From assembly GCA_041730515.1 (NCBI GenBank), contig JBGSBN010000001.1:1-44208 (forward strand): a stretch of 44,208 nucleotides of DNA, in the 5' to 3' direction. The notes beneath the pieces were generated by a model, which was not told the DNA's origin, did no database searches, and was given only the letters and a program-made list of their open reading frames with translations. This DNA comes from Candidatus Methylacidiphilales bacterium. Lineage in GTDB: Bacteria; Bacteroidota; Bacteroidia; UKL13-3. A program made the position numbers and the translations under genes. Positions 36,201-43,346 of this stretch are shown piece by piece; position 1 is the stretch's first letter, and each line of letters opens with the position of its first letter.

Positions 36201-36858
36201 ACGCATAACAAATAACTTTAAAGTAAACTTCTTGTTATTAAACACGGATTCGTTCAATAAACAATTTGTGGTTTCGTCTATTAATAACCCTTTACCGGTT
36301 AAGTTAATTGCATTTAACGGAACACCGAAAAATGCCGATGCATTGTTATTCTGGTCAACAGCAAGCGAAACTAATAACAAAGGTTTTGAAGTAGAGCGTT
36401 CATTAGATGGTAAAACTTTTACCACTATTGATTTTGTAAAAGGCGCAATCAATTCAAATATTACTCAAAAATACAGCTATACCGATAGAGAGGTTTTTGC
36501 AACTAATAAAACAGTTTATTACAGATTGAGACAAATAGACTTGGATGGTAAATTTGAATATACCAAAACCATTACTATTAATAGCGAAAAAGTAAATAAT
36601 ACAAATATTGTAGTTTATCCAAACCCAATCAATGATTTATTGAACATTGAAATGGAATCGTTTACTAGCACTTCTGCTAAATTATTTATTACCGATTTAG
36701 CTGGTAAAAAAGTAAGAGAAACTGTTTTAATTGTAAGCGAAGGTGCTAATAAGTTTACTATTGATAATTTAGCTGAATTAAACAGTGGTGCTTATATTAT
36801 TAATATTATCTCAGAAGGTAATATGTTATTTAGTAATAAGTTTATCAAAACTAAATAG
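33247..36858 (+). CDS. 1203-aa T9SS-secreted multidomain protein with LamG domain
   Basis: Signal peptide, then a long Thr/Asn/Gly-rich beta-type region. LamG_3-like segment (...LNGGLDEFRIWNIARTQTQI...). A pre-CTD module is shared with the 9191..11890 gene. T9SS sorting domain (VVYPNPINDLLNIE...GAYIINIISEGNMLFSNKFIKTK). Confidence 0.8.
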   Translation: MKKKFLLSILMVAVCFTKAFSQLSATLPASNATVIAGTYVDLGTGGSVITTLNTDDANSAAIPIGFTYNFNGAAYTDFILNTNGFIKLGTANPSTAALFFSTGNGTVGGPFNSTSLLDTSLIMAFNHDLIGAVGAEYRSQTTGTVGTRVCTIQFKNVTEKTTTPAVQYANMNFQIKLFEGSDIIQIIYGGFTASGNATAFKTAAVGVKGSNNLTANIMAITKGSVTAWNAPTFLTGNYTGNAFNFGNGTRPLPVSGTIYQLVPTKPNDIAVTGLFTLGKLPIAYASPHAVKARIKNNGTATQTNFYVTLTLSGVNAFVDSVLITSIAPNIDSLITFAPYTPSIVGTNLVTVSVLSDDNSSNNVRTYGQISNDNSYTYADPNLPAAGGVGFTGATGDFVAKFPYSGVANAINQIGVNFFGGGVSLAVGIWSRNTLTGLPGTLLWQSATFTSLTGLNTIPVSPAVAISDTFFVGVIQSSTINANFAFQNENPIRAQTFFFTSPTGNTAWTDFSPGSPFRFMVEPRLQTPNDVGFTAVDYPCKVLPQGQTAFNPIGNISNFGTLTQSGFNVKCAIFNASNVQVYTSTTTSPTILGGQSSPVSFPATFNPTTAGTFTIKIWSELFGDASTVNDTSIAAFTVNNIALVGGTETRLQFNGTTGYIEVANKSSVKPVTNFTIETWVLGNNALLNPGCIYSSDSSNSDTSITIETIGRRIGVTLRTSNGLFFLTSNDTIPTNNWAHVAVKYDGAELTVYVNGDTAGTIAVTGNVLYKNSPVYIGRRSGSKSTAGVSVLNGGLDEFRIWNIARTQTQIIQNMHRKIANFSQPNLMAYYRMNEGAGSASISDASGNCNSGDLVNLDPATQWFTGSVLLDTTSATIFNITSNTLQTSTTHQIGVRVENPTGIGSFAVYSALQPIIGTSPTGFTNNSTRTWMVYKYGDLTFDSVRVEFGVPSGSILASSTNNDLALNGRLMGFGAWTNTRSSAASFQRITNNFKVNFLLLNTDSFNKQFVVSSINNPLPVKLIAFNGTPKNADALLFWSTASETNNKGFEVERSLDGKTFTTIDFVKGAINSNITQKYSYTDREVFATNKTVYYRLRQIDLDGKFEYTKTITINSEKVNNTNIVVYPNPINDLLNIEMESFTSTSAKLFITDLAGKKVRETVLIVSEGANKFTIDNLAELNSGAYIINIISEGNMLFSNKFIKTK

Positions 36859-36880
36859 TATTTATTTAATTAATGAAAAA

Positions 36881-36912
36881 AGCCCGATTATCTTTTGATA
36901 GTCGGGCTTTTT
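36881..36912 (+). terminator. Rho-independent terminator
   Basis: 12-bp stem agcccgattatc/gatagtcgggct (one wobble pair) with loop tttt, followed by TTTTT. Confidence 0.75.
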
Positions 36913-36931
36913 GGTGAATTTATCTATACAT

Positions 36932-37015
36932 ATAGCCACCGGTTTCACTGGTGGCTATTCATATTAAACACCTTCCAAAGTTTTCCTAAGCTTCACGCGT
37001 ATGCGAAAGCTTTCG
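36932..37015. repeat. Cluster of GC-rich palindromes and hairpins
   Basis: Hairpin atagccaccgg/ctggtggctat at 36932-36958. Palindromes acgcgt (36995-37000) and cgaaagctttcg (37004-37015). aagctt occurs twice. Confidence 0.5.
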
Positions 37016-37019
37016 GGAA

Positions 37020-37083
37020 AATACCATTTAATCCCACTAATTTGCGAGACCATTGGCCTAATTTGTAAATCAAAATGGTATTA
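37020..37083. repeat. 64-nt palindromic intergenic repeat, copy B
   Basis: aataccatttaa...ccattggcctaatttgtaaatcaaaatggtatta. Same termini and same 34-nt core as copy A at 23256-23315. Confidence 0.75.
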
Positions 37084-37086
37084 TAA

Positions 37087-38277
37087 TTACTCTTCGAAAA
37101 AAGCAATATTTCCACCTACCCAATTAAAGTCTTTGTTATAGCGTACGCCTATCATTTTGCCCCTACTCATGCGGCCTAAATTAGTAGCTAAGGTGGGTCT
37201 TTCGTCTCCGTCAGGCCACAAATACATCATGCGTATTTCACATTTTACACCTCCTTCTGGCGACTGAATAGCTTCCGCATAATTTACTTTTTCCTGTAAA
37301 ATCCAATTTTCAGGGTCTTTAATTTGGCTAATATCTTCTGGGGTAACATCTATTATTACGCCCATACCACTGAAACTGAATAGTGGCTTAAGTACATAAT
37401 TTTCTAAATCAGTCGGAATGGTTTTGAGTTCACTTATAAAGTAAGTATTGGGTACAAACTCATTTTTAAGAAAAGGCATGGTATATTTACTAATTCTGTA
37501 GAACCAATGTGGGTGTGTTATCCATTCCACTTCCAAATCATCTTGTAAATTTATTTGGTACTTAAAGTCTGGATTAGCCTCCAAATCATCAAAAATAAGC
37601 CTGTTGTAAATGCGCTTAATAGCTATCTCTTTTCCATCTTTTAAGTAATATACTTTTTTGCCTTTTTGGATTAAATCGCTTAAGCAAACAATGGAAATCC
37701 CCAAGCAGGCAAGGGTGGCATAAAAATCAATACGGGTTTTTTGTTCATGGGGTTTTATATCCATTAACACTACTTCCTCTGTATTACAATTGCCAACAAT
37801 TGTTTTACGCAATAAATCTATATAGGTGTCGTGGTTTAAGCCACTAGAATAATGCGTAAAGTTCTCTGGGCAATAAAACCATTCTTTGTATTGCTGGCCT
37901 ATTACATCTTCCCAAGCAAACAGGCTTGCAAAACCTTGTAGTTCTATTAGTTTGGGCACAAATCCACCCTTGCCATCATCGCAAATGCCAAAATCAATGC
38001 AAATAAAATGGGGTTGCTTGCTTTCATTTTGCATGCGGATATGTTTTGGTATCGCATTTTCTGTTAACGCTTTAAAATTAGGTTGTACTATTACATCTAC
38101 TATTTGCTCACAAGCTGAAATCAGTTGTTCTTTCAGTTTTTTATCAACAAACATAGGAGTTTCTGTTATCCTAAAAACTACATCTTTTTGGTATAGATTA
38201 TTTAAATGCTCAATAAACTTTTCGTAGTGTTCTTGGTTAAATTCTTGGTTATATTTGGCACGAATAGCTGGTATCAT
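37087..38277 (-). CDS. Uncharacterised 396-aa protein with ATP-grasp-like (GspS / circularly-permuted-type) features
   Basis: PKLIELQGFASLFAWE and YVLKPLFSFSGMGVIIDV resemble nucleotide-binding strands of ATP-grasp or glutathionylspermidine-synthase-like ligases. The 4-nt ATGA overlap with the upstream gene supports co-translation. Confidence 0.45.
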   Translation of the reverse strand: MIPAIRAKYNQEFNQEHYEKFIEHLNNLYQKDVVFRITETPMFVDKKLKEQLISACEQIVDVIVQPNFKALTENAIPKHIRMQNESKQPHFICIDFGICDDGKGGFVPKLIELQGFASLFAWEDVIGQQYKEWFYCPENFTHYSSGLNHDTYIDLLRKTIVGNCNTEEVVLMDIKPHEQKTRIDFYATLACLGISIVCLSDLIQKGKKVYYLKDGKEIAIKRIYNRLIFDDLEANPDFKYQINLQDDLEVEWITHPHWFYRISKYTMPFLKNEFVPNTYFISELKTIPTDLENYVLKPLFSFSGMGVIIDVTPEDISQIKDPENWILQEKVNYAEAIQSPEGGVKCEIRMMYLWPDGDERPTLATNLGRMSRGKMIGVRYNKDFNWVGGNIAFFEE

Positions 38278-39098
38278 ATACTTGCTTGTTTAAGTGAAAA
38301 AGATTGAATGGCATCATTTAAAAACTGGGGTATTATACAACTTTGGGTATGCATAATTTTATCAGGATCATTTAAATGGGCTAACATATTTTCTAGTTTT
38401 TCCTCCCCATGGTTGGCTATAACCACTTGCTTTTTTTCTTCCGTTTGCAAGTAATATATCATTCCTTCGGCATCGGCTTCTGGATGAAATTGGGTTCCTA
38501 TTATTTCTGGAGTAAGTCTTATAGCCATTATAGCTCTTTCTAATTCAACATGAGGACGCAATTTTTCCAAAGCTAATATTTGAGCTCCAATTGCTTTCAA
38601 ATTCGTATCGTTGGGTTCTATTACTTGCCACTTGCGGGAATCAACCACATAAAACGGGCGGGACAAATTTTTGAAAGCAGAATCGCTTATTCCTTCATCA
38701 GTAGCGTAAACAGGATAAGTGCCAAATGACTCATTTTTGCGCAAGCACACATTTCCCAAATTAAAGTGGTGGCATATTACTTGAAATGAGTGGCAAATTA
38801 AAAACAAATGTTTCTTGTTACTTGAGTTGGCGTTATGAGCCATCAATTCTTTCACAAAGCCAATGTATTTATTTTCCCAACCTTCCAAATCTACAGGACT
38901 TCCTGGTCCACCAGACGAAATGTAAATATCATAGTCTAATGTTGGAGCTTCTTGTTTTCCTCTAATATCAATTACTGTTTTGGTAATGGATAATTGGTTT
39001 TCAGTAGCATATTTATCTAGTATTTCATGTATGTTTCGCATTCCTTGATTGGGTGCATCTTTATACAAATCAAGGATGGCTACTTTTATATTTTTCAT
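38274..39098 (-). CDS. Class-I glutamine amidotransferase-fold protein
   Basis: Nucleophile-elbow-like LFLICHSFQVI and the His/Glu motif GTQFHPEAD. Confidence 0.7.
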   Translation of the reverse strand: MKNIKVAILDLYKDAPNQGMRNIHEILDKYATENQLSITKTVIDIRGKQEAPTLDYDIYISSGGPGSPVDLEGWENKYIGFVKELMAHNANSSNKKHLFLICHSFQVICHHFNLGNVCLRKNESFGTYPVYATDEGISDSAFKNLSRPFYVVDSRKWQVIEPNDTNLKAIGAQILALEKLRPHVELERAIMAIRLTPEIIGTQFHPEADAEGMIYYLQTEEKKQVVIANHGEEKLENMLAHLNDPDKIMHTQSCIIPQFLNDAIQSFSLKQASI

Positions 39099-39106
39099 AA
39101 AAAGTA

Positions 39107-40216
39107 TTAATTGGTATTGATTAATGTTTGTGTAGTAATAAAGTCAACTACATCTTTTAAATTATTTGTTTTTTCGAAAACGGCCAATTGCCTATCTGCT
39201 CCAGTGCCATTTTCAAGCATTTTTAGCACATAATTAATTTCATTTCTGCTGCCTAATTCATCTACTACATCATCAATAAAATCTAATAATTCAAATATTA
39301 ACGCTTTGGTATCTACTTCACTTTCTCTGCCAAAATCAATCATTTTTCCTCCAATTCCATAGCGTGAAGCACGCCATTTGTTTTCATTGAGTAAAGCGCG
39401 TTTGTATATAATAAAATTGAGGTTTTTATTGCGTAATTTATACAGTTTGGCACACAATGCTTGAAAAATAGCAGCAATGGCTAAAGTCTCATTCAATAAC
39501 ATAGGCACGTCACAAATTCTAAACTCTACCGTATCAAAAAATGGATGTACCCTTAAATCCCACCAAATCTTTTTTGCATTGTCTATACACCCAGTTTTTA
39601 CCAATAGTTTTATATAGTTATCGTATTCTTCTATACTTTCAAAATAATCAGGAATACCAGTACGAGGAAACTTATCGAATACTTTGGTACGGAACGATTT
39701 GAAGCCGGTATTTCTGCCTTCCCAAAATGGAGAATTGGTACTTAAAGCATATACGTGGGGTAAAAAATAACGTACGGAATTGGCTAGATGAATAGCCATT
39801 TCTCTGCTTTCCATTCCTACATGCACATGCAATCCAAAAATAAGGTTAGAGCGAGCAGCATCTTGTAACTCATATACAATTTGATTGTAGCGAGGGTGTT
39901 CCGTAATGAGTTGTTGTTGCCACATACTAAAAGGATGTGTGCCACTGGCTCCTATTTGAAGTCCTAAATCCACAGCCACTTGGCTTACAGTTTTTCTTAA
40001 ATTACCGAGGTCTTTTCTTGCTTCACTAGTATTTTTGCATATACCAGTTCCTACTTCTACCACAGCTTGATGCATTTCTGCTTTTACTTGGTCATCTGTC
40101 AATAATTTAGACGCGGCCTCTACTATTTTTTGTTCGTGCGATTTTAGTTCCCTGCTTACAGGGTCTATTACCATATACTCTTCTTCAATACCTATTGTAA
40201 AAGTGTTTGAATTCAT
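39107..40216 (-). CDS. Carboxylate-amine ligase, YbdK / GCS2 (glutamate-cysteine ligase family 2)
   Basis: N-terminal FTIGIEEEYMVID, then GTHPF and GLHVHVG motifs. The ~370-aa size is typical of the YbdK family. Confidence 0.8.
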   Translation of the reverse strand: MNSNTFTIGIEEEYMVIDPVSRELKSHEQKIVEAASKLLTDDQVKAEMHQAVVEVGTGICKNTSEARKDLGNLRKTVSQVAVDLGLQIGASGTHPFSMWQQQLITEHPRYNQIVYELQDAARSNLIFGLHVHVGMESREMAIHLANSVRYFLPHVYALSTNSPFWEGRNTGFKSFRTKVFDKFPRTGIPDYFESIEEYDNYIKLLVKTGCIDNAKKIWWDLRVHPFFDTVEFRICDVPMLLNETLAIAAIFQALCAKLYKLRNKNLNFIIYKRALLNENKWRASRYGIGGKMIDFGRESEVDTKALIFELLDFIDDVVDELGSRNEINYVLKMLENGTGADRQLAVFEKTNNLKDVVDFITTQTLINTN

Positions 40217-40268
40217 GTGTTTGAAAAATAAAAATGTTGAAAATGATTTTGTATGGGGTGGATTTAAA

Positions 40269-40296
40269 ATCCCTTTCCAATTGGTTGGAAAGGGAT
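40269..40296 (-). terminator. Intra-cluster hairpin (possible terminator or attenuator)
   Basis: 12-bp perfect stem atccctttccaa/ttggaaagggat with a 4-nt loop. On the minus-strand RNA it is followed by UUUUAAAU. It lies between the ATP-grasp stop (40302) and the ybdK-like start (40216). Confidence 0.45.
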
Positions 40297-40301
40297 TATT
40301 T

Positions 40302-41330
40302 TTATTTAGCTGATTTAGCTACTTTTTTTGTGGCTACCTTTTTAGCAGCTGCTTTTTTAGGAGCGGCTACCTTTTTTTCTGAACTGGCTTTATGGGAAGC
40401 ATTGCTAATATAATTACCCCAAGTAAGATTATCGCCACCTGCTTTTTGATTTTGAGCACGTTCTATGGCATAGTCAGCCATGGTATTTACAACCCAATCA
40501 AAATTTTCTTGTCCTACGCTTTCTACTGATGAATCGGGTGCAGGGTTACAAAAATCTATTGCATAAGGAATTCCATCACGCACAGCAAATTCTACAGTGT
40601 TAAAGTCGTAACCCAAGCCTTGGTTTAAGCGCAATGTATAATCTTTAATGGTATCAAGTGTTTTAGGATCGGCTGTTTCCCAAGCGGCTTGGTAGCGCAA
40701 GTGATGCGGATTGCGAGGTTCATATTTCATTATTTTCACATGTTTTCCGCCTACACAATAGCAACGATAATACTCTTCAAATGTAATTTCTTCTTGAAGC
40801 AACATAACCAATTGACCAGTTTCTTGGTGCTTTTCAAAAAATTCGTTGGCGTCATGCACTTTATATACACTTTTCCATCCACCACCGTCATGCGGTTTCA
40901 TATATGCTGGAAAGCCAATTTCAGCAAACATAGCTTCCCAATCCAAGGGCATTATCATATTACGAAACGAGTTTTCGTTGGTGTCACTCGGACGTTCATT
41001 GGAAGGAAGTAAAAATGTTTTTGGAACAGGTACACCTAGTTTTACAGCAAGGCAGTTGTTAAAAAATTTTTCATCAGCACTCCACCAAAAGGGATTATTG
41101 ATTACGGCTGTTCCCATTAGTGCAGCATTTTTTAAATAAGCTCTGTAAAAGGGTACATCTTGGCTAATGCGGTCAACAATTACTGCGTAACCGCTATCAC
41201 TGGCTTGTGAAAGCTTATCAAGTTTAACAAATTCAGCACTGATGCCTGCTACTCCTCTGCTATTTATTGCATCTACAAATGCTTGTGGAAATGAGTTTTC
41301 CTGTCCGAATAAAATGCCTATTTTTTTCAT
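40302..41330 (-). CDS. RimK/GshB-like ATP-grasp ligase with C-terminal Lys/Ala-rich tail
   Basis: ATP-grasp pattern (GFPAYMKPHDGGGWKSVYKV; FNTVEFAVRDGIPYAIDFCNP). The last ~27 aa are SSEKKVAAPKKAAAKKVATKKVAKSAK. Confidence 0.7.
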   Translation of the reverse strand: MKKIGILFGQENSFPQAFVDAINSRGVAGISAEFVKLDKLSQASDSGYAVIVDRISQDVPFYRAYLKNAALMGTAVINNPFWWSADEKFFNNCLAVKLGVPVPKTFLLPSNERPSDTNENSFRNMIMPLDWEAMFAEIGFPAYMKPHDGGGWKSVYKVHDANEFFEKHQETGQLVMLLQEEITFEEYYRCYCVGGKHVKIMKYEPRNPHHLRYQAAWETADPKTLDTIKDYTLRLNQGLGYDFNTVEFAVRDGIPYAIDFCNPAPDSSVESVGQENFDWVVNTMADYAIERAQNQKAGGDNLTWGNYISNASHKASSEKKVAAPKKAAAKKVATKKVAKSAK

Positions 41331-41372
41331 AGTTCTTCCGTTTAGTTGGTGGTTATTTATATATGTTTATTT

Positions 41373-42077
41373 TTAAATTAGTGATATGTAATGTGGAAAC
41401 ATTTCCCTCCATATAGGCCAATCATGGCCTCCCCAAGCTCTTATATCAAGCCAATGGTCTATTCCTTTACTCTTTAAAATATGGCTCATTTCTTCATTTG
41501 ATTCTTTACACATATCTCCTTCTGCTGTTCCTAAAAATATTTTCATATTCCATAAATCAGGGTGGTTATTGGCAGGCATAAAATCGGGCGGATTGTTGAA
41601 ATATACATTGTCGTCATAGTATCCATCCACCTGATCAATTATACTGAACTTAGCCCCCATACTCAGCATAGCGCATACTTTTTCTGGGTGTTTAAAAGCA
41701 TAATTTGCTGCTTGGTAACCTCCAAAACTGCAACCCGCAGTGGCTACTTTACTAAAACCAGTTTCTTTTAAAGCCAAAGGAACTAATTCTTGGTCAATCA
41801 TTCTGTCGTAACATTCGTGGTTATATGCTCTTATGTATGGCTCCACTTTTTTATTATACCAACTTAGTTCGTCAATACTATCTATGCAGTAAATTTTTAT
41901 TAAGCCATTGTCAATATACCAAGCGGCTGATTCTATTAATTTAAAATCTTTGTTTTGATTGTATCTTCCCATAGAAGTGGGAAATGCTATAATAGGTAAG
42001 CCTTTGTTGCCAAATACTTGCATTTCTATTTCTCTATCTAAATTGGGTGAAAACCATTTAATGTATTTTTCTTCCAT
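41373..42077 (-). CDS. Esterase-family alpha/beta hydrolase (PF00756-like)
   Basis: Nucleophile elbow GCSFGG. I prefer the start at the ATG at 42077 (MEEKYIKWFSPNLDREIEMQVFG), which is typical for this family, over the ATG at 42173. Confidence 0.65.
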   Translation of the reverse strand: MEEKYIKWFSPNLDREIEMQVFGNKGLPIIAFPTSMGRYNQNKDFKLIESAAWYIDNGLIKIYCIDSIDELSWYNKKVEPYIRAYNHECYDRMIDQELVPLALKETGFSKVATAGCSFGGYQAANYAFKHPEKVCAMLSMGAKFSIIDQVDGYYDDNVYFNNPPDFMPANNHPDLWNMKIFLGTAEGDMCKESNEEMSHILKSKGIDHWLDIRAWGGHDWPIWREMFPHYISLI

Positions 42078-42235
42078 ATAATATTGTGTATTTTTAAAAT
42101 TATTGTTGGCTGATTCTGAAAAATTTATTGAACTATTCAAAGACAAATAAGGTTTTTTTGAATAAAAAAACAATAAAATAAATTTTTTTATTTATTGCTG
42201 TTAGGATTAAAAGCGCCTAATATTGCATTTTCTTT

Positions 42236-43021
42236 ATGAAGTCCCTTCGTCAATTAATACTTTTCAAGTCAAATGCGTTAAATTGTTCTGTGCATGCAGA
42301 TTTAATTTTACCGCCTCATTTGGATATAAATACCAGTTACCCTCTACTAATTTTAAATGATGGACAGGATATGCAAACCATACAGGCATTGCATATATTG
42401 GAGCAATTATGGTCTAAGCAAATATGCAAGCCCTTTATTTTAATTGCTCCACATGCCAAAGACAGAATGAATGAATATGGAGTAGCCAATCATTTAGACC
42501 ATAAGAACCGAGGAGCTTTAGCTGTTAATTATACTCAGTTTGTTGTAAATGAGCTGATCCCACAGTTGCTTGTGCGTTTGAACTTAAAATCGTTTGACGA
42601 ACATGTAATAGGTGGCTTTAGCCTTGGCGCTTTATCTGCTTTTGATATTGCTTGGAATAATTCGCATGTATTTAGCAAAGTAATTGCATGTAGTGGTTCT
42701 TTTTGGTGGCGAAACCGAGATTTGGATGCCAACTACACCAACCAGAATAGAATAATGCACCAAGTGGTAAACAAAACAGAGAAAAAACCTGCACTTAAAG
42801 TTTGGCTGCAGTGTGGCACTTTGGACGAAACGGCTGATAGAAATAAAAATGGCGTTATAGATAGTATTGATGATACTTTAGATTTGATAGCGGAACTGAA
42901 ACAAAAGGGTTTTAATCAACAAGAAGATTTGTTTTACCACGAAGTAATAGGAGGGAGACATACCATGGAAACCTATAGTTTAATGTTGCCTCACTTCCTT
43001 CAATGGGCATTTCCAAAGTAA
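42236..43021 (+). CDS. Esterase-family alpha/beta hydrolase (PF00756 / siderophore-esterase-like)
   Basis: Elbow GGFSLGA, PLLILNDGQD, and the GGRH His motif near the C-terminus. Confidence 0.65.
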   Translation: MKSLRQLILFKSNALNCSVHADLILPPHLDINTSYPLLILNDGQDMQTIQALHILEQLWSKQICKPFILIAPHAKDRMNEYGVANHLDHKNRGALAVNYTQFVVNELIPQLLVRLNLKSFDEHVIGGFSLGALSAFDIAWNNSHVFSKVIACSGSFWWRNRDLDANYTNQNRIMHQVVNKTEKKPALKVWLQCGTLDETADRNKNGVIDSIDDTLDLIAELKQKGFNQQEDLFYHEVIGGRHTMETYSLMLPHFLQWAFPK

Positions 43022-43139
43022 GCAGTGGTGTATTTATTATAAGCTGCTTTGGTTATAGCTAAAGCGGTTGAGTTGGCATTTTCCTTTGTTGCTTGGAACA
43101 CGCCAAATGCTTGCACAAGCGGGAGCCTGCTGCTTTCGA

Positions 43140-43267
43140 TTTGCAACCAGTACTCGCTTGCATCTTGCGAGTGAATATATTGGTAAGCCTCCGGCTGATT
43201 TCATAAATTTAAAAAAATGGCGGGACGCCTTTTAAACTCATGCTATCAAGATGCGAGCGAGTGCAAA
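43140..43267. repeat. Inverted repeat enclosing ~80 nt of GC-rich hairpin-forming sequence
   Basis: ctcgcttgcatcttg (43153-43167) pairs with caagatgcgagcgag (43247-43261): 15 bp with one G-U pair. The helix is extended by tttgca (43140-43145) pairing with tgcaaa (43262-43267). Internal hairpins: agcc/ggct (43186-43196) and ggcg/cgcc (43219-43229). Confidence 0.55.
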
Positions 43268-43346
43268 GGAGCAAATTCAATTTATTTAAAAGTAAGAAAT
43301 ATTAGCCCATAATTGTAAAAACCTATTTGGTTAATTGATACCTTTG

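Noticed and set aside
35964-36452. 162-aa antisense ORF inside the 1203-aa T9SS gene. Other antisense ORFs of the same kind: 1285-1542, 1930-2199, 13988-14278, 19129-19329, 33468-33671.
   Set aside because: Each is fully embedded opposite a CDS with clear domain signatures. None has motifs of its own. They are typical shadow ORFs.
37886-41139. Plus-strand ORFs 37886-38227, 40689-41012 and 40846-41139 inside the ligase cluster
   Set aside because: They are antisense to genes with clear ATP-grasp features, and their composition is consistent with shadow ORFs.
43037-43204. 55-aa Cys/Arg-rich minus-strand ORF (MKSAGGLPIYSLARCKR...) in the GC-rich gap
   Set aside because: It coincides with the hairpin and inverted-repeat sequence and has no start context or homology that I recognise. 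The non-coding structure is the more likely explanation.
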